Shown: positions 13,347-19,858 of the stretch, one piece after another | Layout of the letters: each line of letters opens with the position of its first letter | Position numbering within the stretch: position 1 is the stretch's first letter | Assembly: GCA_020348445.1 (NCBI GenBank) | Contig: CP070751.1 | Span: 1,145,219 to 1,165,076 of the forward strand | DNA from: Thermoplasmata archaeon | Lineage (GTDB): Archaea; Thermoplasmatota; Thermoplasmata; GCA-020350865 | DNA: 19,858 nucleotides | Direction of reading: 5' to 3' | Program-made: the position numbers and the translations under genes | Notes under the pieces: generated by a model | Databases searched by the model: none | Told to the model about the DNA's origin: nothing | What the model saw: only the letters and a program-made list of their open reading frames with translations

Positions 13347-13811
13347 ATGTCAATTAAAAAGAAGATAATGCAAAAGAAGATCGATTGCCCAAGATGTTGG
13401 GTGGAAGCAAGGCGTGAAGAGGTTGAGATCTTTGGTCCCAACATCGAAATCGACATCTGTCCAAAGTGCAACGGGATTTGGCTCGATCCCGGTGAACTCG
13501 GCAAACTCCTGAAGAATAAGAAGCTAACTGATTATCTCACAAAGCAAATAGGGACCCAAAGTAAAAGCGAACTCGTATGTCCAAGATGCGGTGGCCTAAT
13601 GGATATCGAATCTGCAGAGGAAGTCCAGATTGATGTTTGCCTTAACTGCCACGGTGTCTGGCTTGACGAAGGGGAACTCGATGATCTAAAAGGAAAATCA
13701 AAAGAGGGCTTTCGAGGCGACGATATCGAAAAGGCCCAGGAAAAATGGGAGGAGCTGGCAAAAAAGCAAAGGGAGCAGAATCTCAGACGATTTAGAAGAA
13801 GGTTCATATGA
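13347..13811 (+). CDS. Tandem zf-TFIIB-type zinc-ribbon protein, 154 aa (start may be 13368)
   Basis: Two copies of CPRC...(I/V)D(I/V)C..C.G.WLD.GEL. Confidence 0.85.
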   Translation: MSIKKKIMQKKIDCPRCWVEARREEVEIFGPNIEIDICPKCNGIWLDPGELGKLLKNKKLTDYLTKQIGTQSKSELVCPRCGGLMDIESAEEVQIDVCLNCHGVWLDEGELDDLKGKSKEGFRGDDIEKAQEKWEELAKKQREQNLRRFRRRFI

Positions 13812-13813
13812 TT

Positions 13814-13993
13814 TCATCTTCTCTTTTTCTTTCCCGTCTTTTTTCTGCGCTTCTTCTTGGCAAGGACCTTATAATCTGGTTTTTCTAAAAGTTCATGTTT
13901 TGGACAGGGGTAGCCAAGACGACATGCCCTGCAGTCCTCAATTGGTGTTGGAGGGCACGGGCCTACCATATGTCCGTATTTTCTTCTTGGCAT
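13814..13993 (-). CDS. Small basic Cys/His-motif protein, 59 aa (not in the ORF track)
   Basis: Hand translation MPRRKYGHMVGPCPPTPIEDCRACRLGYPCPKHELLEKPDYKVLAKKKRRKKTGKKKRR*. It has a C-x2-C-x5-C-x2-H motif, fills the gap between two genes, ends 2 bp from the convergent stop at 13811, and has a TTTATAC TATA-like element about 35 bp upstream. Confidence 0.7.
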   Translation of the reverse strand: MPRRKYGHMVGPCPPTPIEDCRACRLGYPCPKHELLEKPDYKVLAKKKRRKKTGKKKRR

Positions 13994-14141
13994 TTTCCTT
14001 CGTAAAGGATATGTGTTTCAACTAGTATAAACTTCACCGAAAAAACCATGGAAATGTGGTGAGGACTGATCCTTTTAACATCTTCAATTCACCAGTTGAA
14101 TCTAAATGTTAATCTATTTAATTGGTCATACACCAAGTAAC

Positions 14142-14627
14142 ATGTATAAAACAAAATCAGAGCTTTACGAGCTTGTCAGCGACTTAATGACCAAAGACGA
14201 GTATGAAACAGAGATAAAAAAGAGGTTCGAAGAGTACGAAGGTCTATTAAGTGAAGAGGCCATCTCGTATCTGATAATTGACGAGCTAAAGAGAAATATC
14301 GTTGAGACCACAACCATCTCCGAATTTAAGGATAAAGAGAGTGTGAGCCTTGAAGTTAGGGTGGAGGATATTGGAGGGCCCAGGGAGTTTAAAAGGAAGA
14401 ACGGTAGCCTGGGTCAGGTAGTGAATATAACTGTTTTTGATAAAACAGGTAAATGTAGATTGACTTTATGGGGCAAGGATGTTGAGACAGTAAAAAACAA
14501 AATTATCAAAATTGATTCCAAGATCAAAATAGTAAATGGCTTCGTCAAAATCACCGATTTTGGGCCTGAAATCAACATCGGAAGATGGGGACTATTTTTC
14601 GTAGACGGTAAAAAAGTTACCCAGTAA
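14142..14627 (+). CDS. RPA/SSB-family single-stranded DNA-binding OB-fold protein with N-terminal helical domain, about 161 aa
   Basis: N-terminal helix bundle (..EIKKRFEEYEGLLSEEAISYLIIDEL) then an OB fold with REFKRKNGSLGQVVNITVFDKTGKCRLTLWG, typical of euryarchaeal RPA. The MYKTK ATG was preferred over 14106. Confidence 0.85.
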   Translation: MYKTKSELYELVSDLMTKDEYETEIKKRFEEYEGLLSEEAISYLIIDELKRNIVETTTISEFKDKESVSLEVRVEDIGGPREFKRKNGSLGQVVNITVFDKTGKCRLTLWGKDVETVKNKIIKIDSKIKIVNGFVKITDFGPEINIGRWGLFFVDGKKVTQ

Positions 14628-14685
14628 AATCAGTAATGATTCTAACTGACGAAAACTGGGTCGCTACATATTTTTATAGTTTACG

Positions 14686-14700
14686 CCAATAAAATATTGG
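14686..14700. promoter_or_regulatory. Inverted repeat CCAATA-N3-TATTGG just downstream of a TTTTTATA box, upstream of the TPR gene
   Basis: Perfect 6-bp arms. TATA-like element at 14671-14678. Confidence 0.3.
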
Positions 14701-14770
14701 TCAACATTATCACTGCTAATGTGAAGTAGGCATTGGCAGAGTAAAAAAGGGCATAATAAGAGAGGTTAAG

Positions 14771-16513
14771 ATGAAGGTCCAAAGCAACGGCTCTAAATTA
14801 GACGATGAAAGTGATACAGCAGAGGAGGAAATGTACCTAGAAGAGTCACTTAGATGGTATGAAACAAAGCTAGAAAAAAATCCTAATGATACAGGACTTT
14901 TGAATACCATTGGTGTGATACTAGAAAATTTGGGTGAAAGGGAAGAGGCACTGAATATCTATATGCAAATCGTTGAGTTGGATCCTCATAACGTAAACAG
15001 TTGGTATAGGATAGGGGTTCTTCTTGAAAATCTAGGAGATTACGATGCTGCTTTAGACAGTTACAACGAAGCAGTAAACTCAAATCCCAAGTTCGTTGAG
15101 GGTTGGTTCAGGATCGGTAAATTATTCCAATGGAAAAATTATTACGAAAATGCCAAGGAATGTTATGAATGGATACTCGATATTGATCCAAATCATACAG
15201 AAGCAGAGGAGGCTCTCGCAAGTTTGAATGAGAAAGGATCTGATATGCCAACTGGAAATCAGACTCCCCAGGGCTTAAAAAATACTGAAACGAAAAAGGT
15301 AAAGCTCCGAAAGTTCAAAAGGAAAAAGAAAATGAAGGTTACGAAACCCGAAGAAGAAAGACCTCCTGTTAAAGAAACCATGGCCAATGAGAGCCCAAAG
15401 GAGAATTCAATTACAGTAGAATCGTTTTTGGAAAAAGAAGAACCCTTGGCTTTGGTGGAAACACCAAAGGAGAATAAATCGCCCATTACTCTTGAGGATC
15501 TTGTGGATAGTCTGGAAGAACTGCATGCTCTTTTAATAAAGCAAACGCAAGAGCGGGCTTTTAATTCGGAAGAAGAATTAAAGAACTATGTCGAAGAAAA
15601 AGAGCAAGAGATTGAGAATTCAATATCAGAAGTCAACGAGTTCACACAGCAATTGTATGAGCTGCGAGATCTGTGCATCCAGCATACAGAAGAACTTACA
15701 GGATTGACTCTGGAAGATAATTTAAAAGATGAGTTTCAGATGAGTGTTTCCCTCAAGGAGGATTTTGATAATCTCGATCCTTCAACGATTCCGCCGAATG
15801 AGGATTTGATATATCCTGAATATGATGATCTTAATACGAAACTGGATGAGCTTGCAGGATTGTTTTCCCAAACAGATGACAATCTGGATTATACAGGTGC
15901 AGATAATATCGAGTCGGGATTGGAGGTTTTGCAGAGAATGTTTAACCAGAATGAGGATACCCTCGAATCCTACCTTGGCAATGATTATGGAGCTGTGAAA
16001 AACGAGGTAAACATTAAGTCTGCAACCACAGATGATCAAACACTTTCCCAAATAAAGGAATTTGAAGAGGCATTAAACAGTTACAATAAATCACACGAGC
16101 TGACATCCCAGTCACTGGATGCTTGGGATACAAATTCTGAGTTGATGCCTGAGATCTTTGAAGAGGAAATTTCCTTGGATGACCTCATAGCCCAGGGAAG
16201 GAAGTACATGAAGAACAGGGAATTTGACAAGGCACTCAGCTGCTTTGATCGGGTTTTGGAGTTGGATCCACAGTACCTGGACGCATGGAGCGCCAAAGGT
16301 GATTTGATGCTGCAGATGAGTAGGGACGAGGTATCCTTGGAAAAGCTCGTAATCGAGGGAAGGTTGCATATGGAGAAGAGAGAATTCGACCTTGCCTTGG
16401 GTTGCTTTGAAAGAGCCCTGGAATTGGATCCGCAGTGTCTTGATGCGTGGAGCTCAAAGGGAATAGTGCTCATGGAGATGGAGAAGGGTAAGAAGAAAAA
16501 GGTTATTTCTTAA
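14771..16513 (+). CDS. TPR protein, 580 aa: about 4 N-terminal TPRs, long acidic linker, duplicated C-terminal TPR unit
   Basis: Repeated W...G..L..LG....A...Y..A..LDP motifs, GAGGT SD before the ATG, and a C-terminal 54-aa duplication (162-bp offset). Confidence 0.92.
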   Translation: MKVQSNGSKLDDESDTAEEEMYLEESLRWYETKLEKNPNDTGLLNTIGVILENLGEREEALNIYMQIVELDPHNVNSWYRIGVLLENLGDYDAALDSYNEAVNSNPKFVEGWFRIGKLFQWKNYYENAKECYEWILDIDPNHTEAEEALASLNEKGSDMPTGNQTPQGLKNTETKKVKLRKFKRKKKMKVTKPEEERPPVKETMANESPKENSITVESFLEKEEPLALVETPKENKSPITLEDLVDSLEELHALLIKQTQERAFNSEEELKNYVEEKEQEIENSISEVNEFTQQLYELRDLCIQHTEELTGLTLEDNLKDEFQMSVSLKEDFDNLDPSTIPPNEDLIYPEYDDLNTKLDELAGLFSQTDDNLDYTGADNIESGLEVLQRMFNQNEDTLESYLGNDYGAVKNEVNIKSATTDDQTLSQIKEFEEALNSYNKSHELTSQSLDAWDTNSELMPEIFEEEISLDDLIAQGRKYMKNREFDKALSCFDRVLELDPQYLDAWSAKGDLMLQMSRDEVSLEKLVIEGRLHMEKREFDLALGCFERALELDPQCLDAWSSKGIVLMEMEKGKKKKVIS

Positions 16514-16563
16514 TTAGGATTCTCATCCTAAAAGTGGTAAAGGGCGTTGGGGTTACCACTTTT
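16514..16563. terminator. Two abutting hairpins immediately after the TPR gene stop, putative terminator or RNA structure
   Basis: TTAGGAT(16514-20)/ATCCTAA(16525-31) and AAAAGTGGTAA(16530-40)/TTACCACTTTT(16553-63) are perfect inverted repeats. Confidence 0.55.
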
Positions 16564-17131
16564 AATTACAATTGGAGATAAATAGTGGATACAAAGTAGA
16601 TATTAAAACATAAATAATTATTGATGAAATCCTTGATTTCCATGGGAAAACCATGGATTTATCCAACATAATGGTGTGTTGTATCCAAAATAACCGGAAA
16701 AAAGACATTTGATAAATTAATCAGACCTTCTATAAGAAGTTTTCTAGAATATTTTCAAGAAAATGTTAAATAGCCAAAATTATCTCAATTAATTAAGAAG
16801 GGGGAAAAAATTTGAAAAAAAATCCTTGGGAACGCGGATTGATTATGTAAGGAAGGGTTTGGGATCGGGGTAAGTCTTAATCAGTGTTAGATAATTCATC
16901 ATTATTTGGGGAAATGTTGAATAGACAAAATCCTTAAAGGCAGACTATTTTATTATTTCCTTATTAAATCTGAGTAATTGAGTATCGACAATAAATAAAC
17001 CCAAAAAATAATTACAATGATTTTTTACTGGATTCGGTAGATTTATTATTAAATACATACATTATGTTTATAATATTATCTCTTTATTAATGAGATCCAT
17101 TTATTAAATACATCACAGGAAGTTGACAGGA

Positions 17132-19723
17132 ATGCCCAAGACGGAAAGACTAATCAATGTCCAGGACAGGATTCTACTTCATCTTTTGGATTGCCAGGGA
17201 TCTAAACATCAGTATAACGTGCCAAGTACATTGACTCCGAGTGGGATTGCAGAGGTACTTGGAACAAACAAGACCTATATTTTTACCTCTATTAAAAAAT
17301 CTGTTGACAAAGGTTATGTCAAAGAATGTTTTGGCTGGGTGAAAAGCGGAAAAAAGAAACAAAAATACTTTATTCTCACCGATGATGGAAAAGACCATAT
17401 CCGGACATTAAAAAGGGAATTGTCAAACCTTGAGATAAAAGTCATACTACCAAATGATACTACCAAACTGATAAAACTCAAAAAAATAATTTCTAATTTG
17501 GATAAGGAAAAAATTTATGCAAATATGACTGAGATAGATATATATAATTTCATATCAAAGGATGGCATCCTTGAGATCGAGCAACTTAAAAATCTCAAGA
17601 AAGTGGAGTACATTGATTTTTCTTCTGAGGCACCGAGAGTGGTGCATTTCTTTGGTAGGAAAAAAGAAATAGCCACTCTTAATAAATGGATAAATGACAA
17701 AAAAGGGCATAACATCGTTTTTATACACGGAATGGCTGGAATTGGTAAAACAACCCTTGCAGCAAAACTACTAGAAAGTTATCGCGATTCAAAACATCTT
17801 TTTTGGCATAATTTTCATGAGCTGGACACACTAAGGAGTGTCTTATTTAAAATGGCCGAATTTCTCTCCAAGTTAGGTGATGATCATCTTGAGCTTTTTA
17901 TAAGAACTCGGATAAATTTGGACTATCATGAGGTATCAAGAATCCTTAAAAAGAGCATAGGCGCAATAGATGCGGTGTTGATTTTTGATGATTTTCATAA
18001 ATCCAATGACCAGATAAGGTCGTTTTTCGTCTACGTATTGAGAATGCTCACTTCCTCTTCAAAAACGAAGATGTTAATCTTGTCCAGAGAGATTGTACCT
18101 TTTTATGATAGAAGAGATGTGCTTACAAGGAAAATAGTTGCTGAATTGCTCATAGAAGGTCTTGATTTTGAAAGCAGCAGGAGATTACTTTTAGGAAAGG
18201 GCATCGATAAAAATAAATTTAAAGAGATTTATGGATTCACAGCTGGCAATCCCCTATTTCTTGAGATTTTCGAGAAAAATGGTCATCTTGAAAGATATAT
18301 ACACAATGAACTATTCTCAAAGTTAAAGGAGGACGAGAGAAAGATCTTGGGCATAATGTCAATATACCGCTTTCCCGCTACTAAAGATTGTTTGGTAGCA
18401 AATGATGATTTCGATTTTGAGAAACTCTACAATCTTACAGAGAAATCCCTTGTGAAAACGGATGCTCATCATCGATACTTTATTCATGATATCATGAAAC
18501 AGTTCTTCTATAGCAGATTATCATCTTCTAAACAAAGGAATTATCATTTAATAGCGGCTCAATGTTATGTAAAAAAAGATGAGCCAGCGAACATAATCGA
18601 GGCTATTTTCCATTATCAGGAAGCAGGAAAATATAAAAAGGCATCCCAGGTTGCCATAAAAAGCACAACATCTGTATTAGAAGGTGGATATGCTGCAGAA
18701 TTTCTTGCCGCTCTTGAAAGATTTAATGAGAAGAAAGTAGAGACCAAAAATTGGGCTGAAATACTGATGGTTAAAGGAAAAGCCTGTTCAATGGTAGGTG
18801 AGTGTCAAAAGGCGTTGCTTTACTTCACCCAAAGCGCGGATATCAGCACTATAGTACGAGACGATAAGCTCAAGGTAAAGGCAATTTGCGAATCAGGTCA
18901 TATCCTTGAGGAGCGTAACGAATTGAAGAGAGCCATGGAATGTTTCAAAGAAGGTCTCAAGCTCTCTGAGAAAGCTGGATATTTTCAGGGTATGGGCGAC
19001 AGTTTTCGAGGAATAGGAAGATTACATTGGAGAAATAGTGAACATAATAAGGCTATTTTGAGCTATAAAAAATGCATTGAAATATCAGAAAAGGTGAATG
19101 AACAAAAGCTACTTGCTTCCACATACATCGATTTAGGTAACGTACATGATGAGAGGAATGAAACAGAAAAAGCTATTAAGTGCTACAACAAGAGTCTTGA
19201 TATTCTGGAAAAGATAAAGGATCCCTCTGAAACTGCGAGAGCATATGGCAATCTTGCGATCATGTATAGGCGAATACATGAATTCGACAAAGCCCTTGAA
19301 TATGGGACCAAATTCTTAAATTTGGCAAAAAATCTTCAAGACTTAAAGTTGATGGGTTATGGTTACGCAGGTATTAGTTATTGCTATACAAAAATAAATG
19401 AATGGCAAAATGCCAGAGATTATGTGAAAAAAGCAGAAGATATCGCTTCGAAAATCGACAATGAAAATATCATGTATCAAGTCAATAAAACTTATGCTCA
19501 AATATGTAAACATGAGCAAAATTGGGAGGGGGCAGTAACCTATTTAAAGAAGAGTATTGAGGTCGATGAAAAATTAAAATCATTATATACTCTTTCCAAT
19601 TCACATAATGAACTCAGCCTTTTATTTGAAGAGATGGGCGACCATAATAACGCAAAAAAACACCTTGAAATTGCGACAAACCTTAACAAAAAGTTGAGTC
19701 TTGGAAAACCAGAACCTATCTGA
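17132..19723 (+). CDS. wHTH - STAND (NB-ARC/MalT-like) ATPase - TPR regulator, about 863 aa
   Basis: N-terminal wHTH (RILLHL...GIAEVLG...KGYV...YFILTDDG), FFGRKKE motif, Walker A GMAGIGKTT, Walker B VLIFDDFH, GNPLFL (GxP) motif, then multiple TPRs. ATG 17132 was preferred over TTG 17123. Confidence 0.92.
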   Translation: MPKTERLINVQDRILLHLLDCQGSKHQYNVPSTLTPSGIAEVLGTNKTYIFTSIKKSVDKGYVKECFGWVKSGKKKQKYFILTDDGKDHIRTLKRELSNLEIKVILPNDTTKLIKLKKIISNLDKEKIYANMTEIDIYNFISKDGILEIEQLKNLKKVEYIDFSSEAPRVVHFFGRKKEIATLNKWINDKKGHNIVFIHGMAGIGKTTLAAKLLESYRDSKHLFWHNFHELDTLRSVLFKMAEFLSKLGDDHLELFIRTRINLDYHEVSRILKKSIGAIDAVLIFDDFHKSNDQIRSFFVYVLRMLTSSSKTKMLILSREIVPFYDRRDVLTRKIVAELLIEGLDFESSRRLLLGKGIDKNKFKEIYGFTAGNPLFLEIFEKNGHLERYIHNELFSKLKEDERKILGIMSIYRFPATKDCLVANDDFDFEKLYNLTEKSLVKTDAHHRYFIHDIMKQFFYSRLSSSKQRNYHLIAAQCYVKKDEPANIIEAIFHYQEAGKYKKASQVAIKSTTSVLEGGYAAEFLAALERFNEKKVETKNWAEILMVKGKACSMVGECQKALLYFTQSADISTIVRDDKLKVKAICESGHILEERNELKRAMECFKEGLKLSEKAGYFQGMGDSFRGIGRLHWRNSEHNKAILSYKKCIEISEKVNEQKLLASTYIDLGNVHDERNETEKAIKCYNKSLDILEKIKDPSETARAYGNLAIMYRRIHEFDKALEYGTKFLNLAKNLQDLKLMGYGYAGISYCYTKINEWQNARDYVKKAEDIASKIDNENIMYQVNKTYAQICKHEQNWEGAVTYLKKSIEVDEKLKSLYTLSNSHNELSLLFEEMGDHNNAKKHLEIATNLNKKLSLGKPEPI

Positions 19724-19763
19724 GACAATCTCTCAAAATATAGGCAATATTTATCAAAAAAAT

Positions 19764-19858
19764 AAACTACCGCACCCCTGAGGGGGTGCAGTATTCATTT
19801 GTTGGTTTAAACAGCAAACCTACCCAGGCCAGTTTGTATCGGTTTAGCAAAGATACCG
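19764..19858. other. Hairpin cluster at the window edge (possible IS200/IS605-type end, structured RNA, or convergent terminator)
   Basis: GCACCCC/GGGGTGC 7-bp GC stem at about 19772-19789, flanked by TAC/GTA and preceded by AACTACC. Further imperfect stems at about 19798-19818 and GTATC(19836)/GATAC(19852). Confidence 0.4.

Noticed and set aside
14716-16473. Minus-strand ORFs overlapping the TPR gene, and short ones overlapping the STAND gene (17174..17398, 17515..17715, 19540..19728)
   Set aside because: Antisense shadows of clearly supported plus-strand genes.
17132-19723. Avs-type antiviral STAND defence system
   Set aside because: The N-terminal domain looks like a wHTH, not a nuclease, protease, SIR2 or TM effector, so a regulatory role is more parsimonious.

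Overview
Archaeal genomic window, most likely from a Thermoplasmata-type euryarchaeote. This is inferred from gene content: an archaeal RPA-like OB protein, a single-domain KaiC/RAD55 ATPase, a TTTATATA TATA box and GAGGTG SD sites. More than half the window (1..10788, minus strand) is one giant ORF missing from the supplied ORF track because it runs off the left edge without a stop. By hand translation it encodes at least 3596 aa. Its predicted cytoplasmic N-terminus carries three C-x2-C-x10-C-x2-C zinc ribbons, two TPRs and a 225-aa (LTNG)n / KRKRR repeat tract. One TM helix follows, then a heavily sequon-decorated extracellular part of more than 2900 aa. That part holds two DOMON/CBM9-like repeats and a nested arrangement in which a lamin-tail (LTD)-like domain is split by three DUF2341+LamG modules and a DNRLRE domain, and the pattern then restarts. 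Directly upstream on the same strand is a translationally coupled KaiC-like ATPase / double winged-HTH regulator pair. Its upstream region shares a 26-bp motif (22/26 identical) with the promoter region of the giant gene. The rest encodes an RHH protein, a tandem zf-TFIIB protein, an unannotated 59-aa basic C3H-motif microprotein, an RPA/SSB-like protein, a TPR protein and a wHTH-STAND ATPase-TPR regulator, ending in a hairpin cluster at the right edge. No rRNA, tRNA, CRISPR array or transposase was recognised.
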